The notes beneath the pieces are model-generated. The model searched no databases. It worked only from the letters and a program-made list of their open reading frames with translations, and was not told the DNA's origin. Below are positions 1-12,400 of a DNA stretch of 64,000 nucleotides, piece after piece (position 1 is the stretch's first letter; every line of letters starts with the position of its first letter). Location of the stretch: assembly GCF_963676685.1 (NCBI RefSeq), contig NC_092345.1, forward strand, positions 106,578,001-106,642,000, written 5' to 3'. The stretch is from Mytilus edulis. Lineage: Eukaryota. Both the position numbers and the translations under genes were made by a program.

Positions 1-3000
1 TATTTTTGAAAAAACGGAGAAAACGATTAGACCCAATAGCGTTAGCGGAGGTGTCATTTTGTTAACGTAATCGTAAACTAGCACACCTTAGGTTGACAGA
101 CGTTGCGGGCATAATATTTGGGCCACATATAAAAAATTGATATCGACTTGTAGCACAGGAACAGGGCAACAAATTCATACCAGTAGATGTATGCTATGTT
201 GTCACAACTTTCGGCATTTAGCACACTCCCGGAAATCTATGACAGTCTGGAAAGTCACTTCCGTTTAATGAATTGTGGACAAACTATACATGCGACCCCC
301 TATAAATAGCGGCAGAAAGTTAGCAAACTGCCAGGGCAACTAACTAATAACACCAAAGTTGTGCTCAGCCGATAAACTCGCCGGTATTTTTGAAAAAACG
401 GAGAAAACGATTAGACCCAATAGCGTTAGCGGAGGTGTCATTTTGTTAACGTAATCGTAAACTAGCACACCTTAGGTTGACAGACGTTGCGGGCATACTA
501 TTTGGGCCACATATAAAACATTGATATCGACTTGTAGCACAGGAACAGGGCAACAAATTCATACCAGTAGATGTATGCTATGTTGTAACAACTTTCGGCA
601 TTTAGCACACTCCCGGAAATCTATGACAGTCTGGAAAGTCACTTCCGTTTAATGAATTGTGGACAAACTATACATGCGACCCCCTATAAATAGCGGCAGA
701 AAGTTAGCAAACTGCCAGGGCAACTAACTAATAACACCAAAGTTGTGCTCAGCCGATAAACTCGCCGGTATTTTTGAAAAAACGGAGAAAACGATTAGAC
801 CCAATAGCGTTAGCGGAGGTGTCATTTTGTTAACGTAATCGTAAACTAGCACACCTTAGGTTGACAGACGTTGCGGGCATACTATTTGGGCCACATATAA
901 AAAATTGATATCGACTTGTAGCACAGGAACAGGGCAACAAATTCATACCAGTAGATGTATGCTATGTTGTCACAACTTTCGGCATTTAGCACACTCCCGG
1001 AAATCTATGACAGTCTGGAAAGTCACTTCCGTTTAATGAATTGTGGACAAACTATACATGCGACCCCCTATAAATAGCGGCAGAAAGTTAGCAAACTGCC
1101 AGGGCAACTAACTAATAACACCAAAGTTGTGCTCAGCCGATAAACTCGCCGGTATTTTTGAAAAAACGGAGAAAACGATTAGACCCAATAGCGTTAGCGG
1201 AGGTGTCATTTTGTTAACGTAATCGTAAACTAGCACACCTTAGGTTGACAGACGTTGCGGGCATACTATTTGGGCCACATATAAAAAATTGATATCGACT
1301 TGTAGCACAGGAACAGGGCAACAAATTCATACCAGTAGATGTATGCTATGTTGTCACAACTTTCGGCATTTAGCACACTCCCGGAAATCTATGACAGTCT
1401 GGAAAGTCACTTCCGTTTAATGAATTGTGGACAAACTATACATGCGACCCCCTATAAATAGCGGCAGAAAGTTAGCAAACTGCCAGGGCAACTAACTAAT
1501 AACACCAAAGTTGTGCTCAGCCGATAAACTCGCCGGTATTTTTGAAAAAACGGAGAAAACGATTAGACCCAATAGCGTTAGCGGAGGTGTCATTTTGTTA
1601 ACGTAATCGTAAACTAGCACACCTTAGGTTGACAGACGTTGCGGGCATACTATTTGGGCCACATATAAAAAATTGATATCGACTTGTAGCACAGGAACAG
1701 GGCAACAAATTCATACCAGTAGATGTATGCTATGTTGTCACAACTTTCGGCATTTAGCACACTCCCGGAAATCTATGACAGTCTGGAAAGTCACTTCCGT
1801 TTAATGAATTGTGGACAAACTATACATGCGACCCCCTATAAATAGCGGCAGAAAGTTAGCAAACTGCCAGGGCAACTAACTAATAACACCAAAGTTGTGC
1901 TCAGCCGATAAACTCGCCGGTATTTTTGAAAAAACGGAGAAAACGATTAGACCCAATAGCGTTAGCGGAGGTGTCATTTTGTTAACGTAATCGTAAACTA
2001 GCACACCTTAGGTTGACAGACGTTGCGGGCATACTATTTGGGCCACATATAAAAAATTGATATCGACTTGTAGCACAGGAACAGGGCAACAAATTCATAC
2101 CAGTAGATGTATGCTATGTTGTCACAACTTTCGGCATTTAGCACACTCCCGGAAATCTATGACAGTCTGGAAAGTCACTTCCGTTTAATGAATTGTGGAC
2201 AAACTATACATGCGACCCCCTATAAATAGCGGCAGAAAGTTAGCAAACTGCCAGGGCAACTAACTAATAACACCAAAGTTGTGCTCAGCCGATAAACTCG
2301 CCGGTATTTTTGAAAAAACGGAGAAAACGATTAGACCCAATAGCGTTAGCGGAGGTGTCATTTTGTTAACGTAATCGTAAACTAGCACACCTTAGGTTGA
2401 CAGACGTTGCGGGCATACTATTTGGGCCACATATAAAAAATTGATATCGACTTGTAGCACAGGAACAGGGCAACAAATTCATACCAGTAGATGTATGCTA
2501 TGTTGTCACAACTTTCGGCATTTAGCACACTCCCGGAAATCTATGACAGTCTGGAAAGTCACTTCCGTTTAATGAATTGTGGACAAACTATACATGCGAC
2601 CCCCTATAAATAGCGGCAGAAAGTTAGCAAACTGCCAGGGCAACTAACTAATAACACCAAAGTTGTGCTCAGCCGATAAACTCGCCGGTATTTTTGAAAA
2701 AACGGAGAAAACGATTAGACCCAATAGCGTTAGCGGAGGTGTCATTTTGTTAACGTAATCGTAAACTAGCACACCTTAGGTTGACAGACGTTGCGGGCAT
2801 ACTATTTGGGCCACATATAAAACATTGATATCGACTTGTAGCACAGGAACAGGGCAACAAATTCATACCAGTAGATGTATGCTATGTTGTAACAACTTTC
2901 GGCATTTAGCACACTCCCGGAAATCTATGACAGTCTGGAAAGTCACTTCCGTTTAATGAATTGTGGACAAACTATACATGCGACCCCCTATAAATAGCGG

Positions 3001-4329
3001 CAGAAAGTTAGCAAACTGCCAGGGCAACTAACTAATAACACCAAAGTTGTGCTCAGCCGATAAACTCGCCGGTATTTTTGAAAAAACGGAGAAAACGATT
3101 AGACCCAATAGCGTTAGCGGAGGTGTCATTTTGTTAACGTAATCGTAAACTAGCACACCTTAGGTTGACAGACGTTGCGGGCATACTATTTGGGCCACAT
3201 ATAAAACATTGATATCGACTTGTAGCACAGGAACAGGGCAACAAATTCATACCAGTAGATGTATGCTATGTTGTAACAACTTTCGGCATTTAGCACACTC
3301 CCGGAAATCTATGACAGTCTGGAAAGTCACTTCCGTTTAATGAATTGTGGACAAACTATACATGCGACCCCCTATAAATAGCGGCAGAAAGTTAGCAAAC
3401 TGCCAGGGCAACTAACTAATAACACCAAAGTTGTGCTCAGCCGATAAACTCGCCGGTATTTTTGAAAAAACGGAGAAAACGATTAGACCCAATAGCGTTA
3501 GCGGAGGTGTCATTTTGTTAACGTAATCGTAAACTAGCACACCTTAGGTTGACAGACGTTGTGGGCATACTTTTTGGGCCACATATAAAAAATTGATATC
3601 GACTTGTAGCACAGGAACAGGGCAACAAATTCATACCAGTAGATGTATGCTATGTTGTAACAACTTTCGGCATTTAGCACACTCCCGGAAATCTATGACA
3701 GTCTGGAAAGTCACTTCCGTTTAATGAATTGTGGACAAACTATACATGCGACCCCCTATAAATAGCGGCAGAAAGTTAGCAAACTGCCAGGGCAACTAAC
3801 TAATAACACCAAAGTTGTGCTCAGCCGATAAACTCGCCGGTATTTTTGAAAAAACGGAGAAAACGATTAGACCCAATAGCGTTAGCGGAGGTGTCATTTT
3901 GTTAACGTAATCGTAAACTAGCACACCTTAGGTTGACAGACGTTGCGGGCATACTATTTGGGCCACATATAAAAAATTGATATCGACTTGTAGCACAGGA
4001 ACAGGGCAACAAATTCATACCAGTAGATGTATGCTATGTTGTAACAACTTTCGGCATTTAGCACACTCCCGGAAATCTATGACAGTCTGGAAAGTCACTT
4101 CCGTTTAATGAATTGTGGACAAACTATACATGCGACCCCCTATAAATAGCGGCAGAAAGTTAGCAAACTGCCAGGGCAACTAACTAATAACACCAAAGTT
4201 GTGCTCAGCCGATAAACTCGCCGGTATTTTTGAAAAAACGGAGAAAACGATTAGACCCAATAGCGTTAGCGGAGGTGTCATTATGTTAACGTAATCGTAA
4301 ACTAGCACACCTTAGGTTGACAGACGTTG
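1..4329. repeat. 384-bp tandem satellite, about 11.3 copies (runs off the left edge)
   Basis: Unit start TATTTTTGAAAAAACGGAGA recurs at 1, 385, ..., 1921, ..., 3841, 4225 (exact 384-bp period). Only a few substitutions separate copies. The array ends abruptly at ...GACAGACGTTG. Confidence 0.98.
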
Positions 4330-4850
4330 TTTTGGTCTGTTTTTCATAAACTATAGCTCAACTTTATTAGTTGTATGGAAGGATTGTCAGCAGTATATGT
4401 CTGGTTGGCAGGTATCATCTGACCTTGACCTCATTTTGGTGGTTCATTTTCATAGTTAAGTTTGTTTCTTAGATACTATAAGCAATAGGTGAACTAAATT
4501 GAGTGTATTGAATGATTGCAAGGTGTACATGTACAGTGGCGGATCCAGAAATTTTCATAAGTGGGGGCCCATTGACTGACCTAAGAGGGGGCCCGCTCCA
4601 GTCACGCTTCAGTGATTCCCTATATAAGCAACCAAATTTTTTCCCAAAAAGGGGGGCCCGGGCCCCCTGCCCCCCCCCCCTAAATCCGCCTCTGATGTAT
4701 TTCTCGTTTGGTTTATCTGACTTCACATCATTTTCTTGGATCATGTTAAGTTTGTGTAATAGTTGTAGTAAAGCTTTATATTAAGGACTATCAACATAAT
4801 ATTTATGGTTAATAAAAAAGGCAAGACATTTCAGCGTGTGCACTCTTGTT
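4330..4850 (+). mobile_element. Degenerate Helentron/HINE-like non-autonomous element fragment, interrupted by a MITE
   Basis: Contains the TCTGACCTTGACCTCATTTT motif and the terminal CATTTCAGCGTGTGCACTCTTG hairpin-type end, recalled from bivalve Helentron-type repeats. Family assignment is inference. Confidence 0.45.
4534..4694. mobile_element. GC-rich MITE (CAGTGGCGGATCC TIR family), 5-bp TSD ATGTA
   Basis: Termini CAGTGGCGGATCCAG ... TAAATCCGCCTCTG, flanked by ATGTA on both sides. Confidence 0.85.
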
Positions 4851-5253
4851 TATATAAATGAGACAGTTGGTTTTCCTGTTTAAATTGTTTTACATCATTT
4901 TGGGGCCCTTTAAAATAGCTTGCTATTAGGTGTGAGCCAAGGCTGTGTGTTGAATACAGTAATTTGACCTATAATAGTTTACTTTTACACATTGTCTCAT
5001 TGGCATACCACATCTTTTATCTTGTAACTAAGATGTATGCATGAACCCAGCTACATCCCAAATGTAAGATAACAAATCTTTTAAATAGAATACTATCATA
5101 GAAGACACTTGTAATGGATATAGTGCTGTCTGTTTTTGCAACTTTTATCAAGTCTTTAAAACAATGCAGCCTATTTTTTTATAAGCCTAATAGCTAGAGA
5201 TATCCTCCTGCACTATAATCATTTTATTTAATGCCTTCTTCAATATTCTATTT

Positions 5254-5546
5254 TATTGCATAGCAATATAATATTTCCCACAGAAAGTAACCAAAAGTTA
5301 GCGTGCATTAAATTCCAATATTGCACTAGTGCAATAAATCTTCAAAATTCATGATGTCATCAACGACAAAGCCTTAGTTTAAACCAATTTTTACTTTCAA
5401 ATATTATATTGCTATACAATAAAAGGGTTATTGCATGATTATTGGGGAATATTGTCCCTCGTAGAACATATATTGCAGTCACAAGCTCGTGCAATATAAA
5501 ATTCTACTCGGGACAACATTCCTCAATATTCATGCAATAACCCTAT
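5254..5546. mobile_element. Foldback/MITE-like repeat (TATTGCAT...ATGCAATA); inverted second copy at about 42146-42430
   Basis: Internal inverted repeats. The reverse complement closely matches 42146-42430. Confidence 0.7.
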
Positions 5547-6481
5547 TTTATTCTTGGTCTGACAAAAGGAAACATGTCTGCTTTTGTCAAGTACCCACGT
5601 ATTATCCAGTGGTAGTCAAAATGTCAGCCCTTCTTCCCAGTTGACCTACATTTTTGAAATTGTCAATTGGTTCTTGTCCTGAATTTGCATTTAATATTTG
5701 ACATTGGGGCTCAGTAAGCAATAAATTTAACAATCCATTGGTTATAATTCTGACAAAACTAAAAGATTCATTTATATATAACTAATATTGCATGTTAAAA
5801 AATTCAAGAAAATCATAAAAGCGAAGTTTTAATTTTTAAACATGATTTTTTTCTACATAGGTTTAAATGTGACATAGTAACAATAGAAAATAAACATATA
5901 TGTTTAAAAGTATATACACACAACTCTCTCACACATAAAATGCATAAGTTATCACAGTGATTGCTTTAATTAAAACTGGACAATAAATAGTAAGATATCA
6001 TTGATAACATGGGGATAAAAACAATGTCAGATACATAAGAATTCATTTAAGCTTTATTTATCATTACTTCCAGTTTAGTAACAAAAGCACTAACACATAC
6101 ATAATAACTTCAACCTAAAATAAAATTACTGTAATTGTTCATTTTAAGTTTCTTGTCCTCTCTGAATGTTTAAAATGTTGTTTTTTTAGTTAAAGATGCA
6201 CCTGTCTCTTTATTTCATCACCTTTGTGATAAACAAATTTTTATTTTTGTAAAAAAAAGATGAAAAATTGTGTATAAAATCTGATAGTCAATAGTACAAA
6301 ACATGATCTTTTAATACATTTGTTCCCTTTTTAAAAATATTTAATATATGAAATGTTGTTAAATTGAACAGATAACACTTGCTTCCATTTTAACAAATGA
6401 CCAGAAGTGTTTTTTAAAAGTCATTTAAATAAAATGGCTACATTAATAACATGTCAATGAATTGTTTTCAGTCTTACTTCT

Positions 6482-9400
6482 CTACCATACAAATCCAAGC
6501 CTCTTTTTGGATTTAGCTTTTCCATAAATGTTATCCTTGGTCTCCTCTGTAGAATCCCTCTGATAGTGAGGCATCTGTCTTCCAGTTTTATCTGAAACCA
6601 TGTAGCTGGGTCTTATTCCTCCTTTACCCTCAAACTTAGGACCAACCCCTCCCCCTGCTCCTGTTTGAGCAGCCTTTCTCAGGGGATACACATTACGACC
6701 ACCTTTTTCACAATGGTCAATAACTTTGGTGGCATATTCCTGGAATTGTTCTTCCTCCATAGCTATTAATTCAAGGTTGGCTCTATCTAAGGCTAACTCT
6801 TTCTGTTTCTTATTTATTTCTTTACCCTTTCTATCATTCTGTAAAAAGATGTAAAAGTGAAAATAAGATGAAAAAAATAAGAACATTCATGAGTAGCCTT
6901 TTTTCCAAAATAGCATACAAATATTTTATTTTGTTGAAGGTGCATTTTTATTCTACAGTACCTTTGTGTTAGACAACTCTATAACCTCTGTGCTACTGTG
7001 AATTGTTGAACAAAAAGAGGAGTTAAATAAAAATGTACCTGAAGAACTGACTTGATACATTGTCATGATTTATGGTTATTTTAATGGATTAGTGATTTTA
7101 AGTATTGGAAAATGAGATCTTTGAAAATAAATATAGTATATTGTTTTAGAATTTGACAAAACTTATACTCAAATTTGAAATGCTTGTAACTTAAAAAAAA
7201 AAGTAATTTCAAAACTACTGGCAATACTCAGACTTAGTTCTCATAAAACTTAACTTAAATCAATAAAGCCTAACAAATGTATTAAAGGATGTAAACATAC
7301 CGTCTGGTCAAAGTGGAAATTTTTCAGAGTTTCATTATCTTCCCTTTTCCTCACACGTTTTTCTTCTTCATTTCTCCTGAAGATCTCATCAGCGGCTTCT
7401 CTGATTCTAATTGTTTCTAATTCTTGTCTCCTTAGTTCTTTTTTCCTGTCTTCTGCCTCTTTGAGCTTAAAAGAGAGAAAAATTATATCTCATCAAAAAT
7501 ACTCCTGGACACAACTGGTAATATGCTTTCTTTTCTACACATGCTTAAATAGGTCATGAAAGATCAATCACACAGCCATCTTCAATAAGTTGCTTTTATT
7601 ATTAACTTAGTTTCATATTTGTACTGTTTGTTATTGTGTTGTGTGGTTACAATACTGTCCATAGTTAGTTAAGTGCTGACAAACATGTCTAACACAGTCA
7701 TATTGTTTTTGTACCTCAGGTAGCTTTCAATGTTTGTTTCACATTTTTGTCATGACTGGCATTTTTATACCTTACTCTACAGTTTTATCTCATTGTTGAA
7801 GGATGTAATCTGACCTATAATTGCTAACGTCTACATCTTTAGGTTGTCTCACTGGCAATTATTAAGGCTTTTTTTATTATTAAAATAATTTGTGATCTTG
7901 TTCCTAAATTATAAGAATTATTAATAAGATTAAGGAATCATACAATCCATGATTTAGCCAAAAAGGTAACATTTGCAGAGCTGTATGTGTTAAATTCAGG
8001 GGGAGATAATTCAACTGTTTCTTTCTGTAATTTTTATTCATTGAATTTTAATTCCCAAGTGATTAACATACATGTATCTTTTTGTCATCTCATAATTCAT
8101 GATCAAGGTATGAATTGGTGAACAAAGGAATTGTTTTGTTGTGAGTTATGCATCAAATTAGACTTGAAATAAGCTTGATTTTTTAACTAAAAAAACACTT
8201 GCTATCATTAAGCATTGTTATCACAATTAGAATGTGCGCTTTTGTAGATTTCATTACATTAAATGAATAGGAAAAAAGGAGGTCCCTGTATACTGTTTTT
8301 TTTTTAACACCAGAAAACTGGGGTGTACCCTGAATTAGAATACAGAGAATACCCCACTTTTCTTGACTTGAGCCTTACCTGTTGAATTTTGTACAAATTC
8401 AATATAGAAAACCATATCAAGGAATAAAATAAAATAATTTGCCTACCTTCCTACCCATACCCTAACAACCTCAGTCGGGAGAGGGGAAACAGATATTTTT
8501 AATGTTGGCCTTATAACATTAACTCTCTTTTAATAAAATAATCATCATATATGGATTTTAGAAGCTGTATAGCTTTACCAAGTATGGACTAAAGAGAAAA
8601 AGACAAATTAGGCAGTGTTCAGATATGGATTAGGTTTGGTAATAACTGATCTTATTTTAGCTAAATACAATGCACAAGACAGTGAGTGGCCAGATACAGA
8701 TTTTCTGGCTTCCTCATCTTGGTTGATATTTTCCTTCCCAGTGGCGGATCCAGGGGCGGGGTTCCGGAGGTTGGACCCCCCCCTTTTTTTGGCCGATCAA
8801 TGCATTTGAATGGGAGCATATAGTTGGAACCCCCCACCCCCTTTACTCTGTGTTGGGAACCCCCTCTTTTTAAAATGGCTGGATCCGCCACTGCTTCCCA
8901 TATCATCATTGCTAGGATAAATTACCTGTACATGTCTATTGCTAGCATAAATTACCTGTACATGTCTATGGCTAGGATAAATTACCTGTACATGTCTATG
9001 GCTAGGATAAATTACCTGTACATGTCTATTGCTAGCATAAATTACCTGTACATGTCTATTGCTAGCATAAATTACCTGTACATGTCTATGGCTAGGATAA
9101 ATTACCTGTACATGTCTATTGCTAGCATAAATTACCTGTACATGTCTATGGCTAGGATAAATTACCTGTACATGTCTATTGCTAGGATAAATTACCTGTA
9201 CATGTCTATGGCTAGGATAAATTACCTGTACATGTCTATTGCTAGGATAAATTACCTGTACATGTCTATGGCTAGGATAAATTACCTGTACATGTCTATT
9301 GCTAGCATAAATTACCTGTACATGTCTATGATCAGCAGACTCCTTCATGGCTTTTCTCATCTTAAATTCTTTTTCAGCTTCTTCTTTTTCTCTCTTCTCC

Positions 9401-12400
9401 TCAGCTTCTTGGACAGCTTTATGTATCCTATCGTCTTCATCACTGACTTTCTGTGTCATTTGAGCAGCAAGTTTTGTTCTAATTCTGTCCAGATTCTTCT
9501 GTTTTTCACTAAAGTTAAATACAATTGATTATAAAAACCTTGAATTGTATGAATATTACCATCACATATAAAAGTTCATTCAATTGAACGATATTAGACA
9601 TCTTTAATTCACTACTTCTATTTATTTGTAATTTTGGAATGATTTTATAAATCTACAGGTATGTTATTCTTATCAATAATTTTAATCAAATTTACATCCT
9701 TACATCACTATTTAAAATAAGGCATTCAAACATTTACATCCTTACATCACTATTTAAAATAAGGCATTCAAACATTTACATTTGTGTCCTAAAAATAATC
9801 ACCATCAGCTAGCTATTTATAGTGTTCAATAATATTGAGAGTAAATTATAGATTAAAAATAATTTGTCATATTGAGACATCTAATAAATAGCCTATAAAA
9901 AAACAATCAATTAAAAGTTGAAATAAAGAAGACTTTCATATCCTATTCAGATAGAAAACAACATTAAGTGTTTGGCTACATGTATTATAACCAACTATTG
10001 TGTGTGGCATTTCATTTCAGGCTTTCTGAACTGTGAAGATGGACATTAAAAAGGACTTCAGAAAACACTATTTGCTGATATTGAGTTTACTTTGATAAAA
10101 GACTTACTTATGAATTTCCAGTTCTTTTTAGACTTACTTATGAATTTCCAGTTCTTTTTAGACTTAATTTATGAATTTCCAGTTCTTTTTAGACTTACTT
10201 ATGAATTTCCAGTTCTTTTTAGACTTACTTATGAATTTCCAGTTCTTTTTCAGCTCTTAGTTTCATCATTTTTCTCTTGGCAGCAGCAAATATTCTACAC
10301 TCTTCATCTTCGTCCTATAAACAAAACCAAATGATTTATCTCCCTTTATCAAAAGAGCACATCAAGTTATATAGGGTACTTACTTCATCCTATAAATAAA
10401 ACCAAATGAGTTCTCTCCCTTTATGAAAATAGCACATCAACATATATAGGGTACTTAACAAACATTCAGAAGTTTTCTCAGCCTAGTTCTAAGCAAAATA
10501 GTTAAAGACAGTAGAGTCGCTAGACCAATGAAAGACAAAGTGTGACAAACAGGATCTACATTCCCTTTTAGCAAGAATACATAAAAATCACATATTATAT
10601 CTTTATATATTAATAAAAGTACAAGATAAAATTGATCAGTTCTTCTGAACAAAAAATTAACTATGTAAATTTTGAAGACTATACACCTAATACATTTACA
10701 AATAAATGAACACATATTTTACAACAACAAAAAAATTGTCTATTTGACTGTTGTCATCAGGATAGCTTATGGTACAGCATGACAAAGTATGTTAATTTAG
10801 AGTGAAGCTGATCTTACCTCTTCTTGTTGTTTCTGCATGTTTCTAATGGAATCTCTGTCTCTGATCTGTTTCATATTATCCACCTTTAACTGTTGTTTTT
10901 CATCTTTTTTGATATTTTCTAATCTTTCTTTCTCTTGATGATATTGTATTCCTAATTTCTTCAATTCTTCTCCTTCTTTCCTGTCTTCTCTACTTTCTAC
11001 ATCTCTGGCTTTAAGGTGCTCATGAACTCTAAAAGTACACAATTAATACTCTTGCATTAATAAAGAAAACAAAAAGAAAAGTTAAAAAAAATATTTTTCA
11101 CTTTCTTTCAGATTTTTCTTTTTTTAAACAGATCGATATCTAAACCAGTATCTTTGGTATTACAGAATCTCCATTTTGGCCTTTAATACTATAGCATTAT
11201 AGACTTTTGATGAAATTAATGCATAAGAATGTGAAAAATTGCAAGTTTTGTTAAAAGTAACATGCACAACTAGTAAAGTAGCTAGTATAGAATTAGTCCC
11301 ACCATCTTGGGACATAAATAAACATGTAGCAGAAAAGCATCAATTTAGATTTTTAATTACCGGTAATTTAGCAATTTTTAAAACAGGGATGCAAAAAACA
11401 ATTCTGGTGGTTTTATGTTATTTTTACACCCAGTTTGACATCACAGAGAATACATATAATTTCTAATGATTAAAATCAAGCTTTATCAGAAGAGACGACT
11501 CAGTCATATTATTAATTCATGAGGAATGATAGTACAGTTATTTCTATTGGTCTTTCTAATTGATCTGCCGTGTTTGGCTTGCTGTTTTTGTTGTTGCATA
11601 TTTTTTAACATCCATAGAAATAAGGTTTCATTTCAAATTCCCTTATTCAGCCTCATGTAATTATCAATACTTAAAGTTTATAAACCCTTTTATAGTAGTT
11701 TTATTTAAGAATGAAGTTATAACATCTGAGACAGCCTTTTCCTTTTATCATACTATACTTACTGTGCTACTTGGAACTGTCTTGTATTTTGTGCTGCAAT
11801 TATTCTTTCCATGGCTTTAGCCTGGTCATCCTTTATTGACTGTTCATACTCTCGTCTCTCTAGCTCCAGGTACTCATTATCTTTTCCTATATTGGCCTTA
11901 TCTTTTAATCTTTTAAGTTCAATTTGTGCTTCTCTTTCTTTGAGGACTTCAGTTAATTGTAATGCACTCTGTCAACAACAAATAGTTTTTATAAGAATGT
12001 GTTTGACAATTTTAAACCACAAATATATTCACTTTTTTTTTATATAAAACCAACCACAAATATGTACACACTGACTATAGCAACTGATCTCCAATTTAAC
12101 TTATCCAGTTCTTACGATTGAGTTTCTTTTTTACTTGACCTTTATATCAATTTTCAGCATAACTTATCAACTGTTGAACTAATTTGAATAATACCATGTT
12201 AAAAACATAGAGTTGCTTGTCAAATGAAATATTCATTAAAAAATTTAACATCCTTTATTAGTATATCAAATATTCAACCCTATTCGTAATTGATTATCAT
12301 TTTTTGGATATGGTCTTTCTGCATGTATAAAGAAAACTCAACCTTTACTAACAAATAATAGAGATATATATGTATCAGGGGAAAAAATAGATTTCTCAGT

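Noticed and set aside
1-4329. Satellite as a CRISPR array or tandem RNA gene cluster (5S, snRNA, tRNA)
   Set aside because: Whole units are identical with no unique spacers, I recognise no structural RNA sequence, and the context is eukaryotic.
4534-4694. RAG/Transib-like RSS ends because of CAGTG and the 5-bp TSD
   Set aside because: The termini start CAG/CAT, not CAC, and no nonamer is evident.
4469-4784. Gly/Pro-rich short ORFs over the MITE (also at 8.6-8.9, 23.4-23.7 and 24.5-24.7 kb)
   Set aside because: By-products of GC-rich MITE sequence.
8824-9528. 234-aa plus-strand ORF (INYLYMSMAR repeats)
   Set aside because: Antisense reading of the 30-bp array and CFAP210 exon 7; it is open only because the unit lacks stops.
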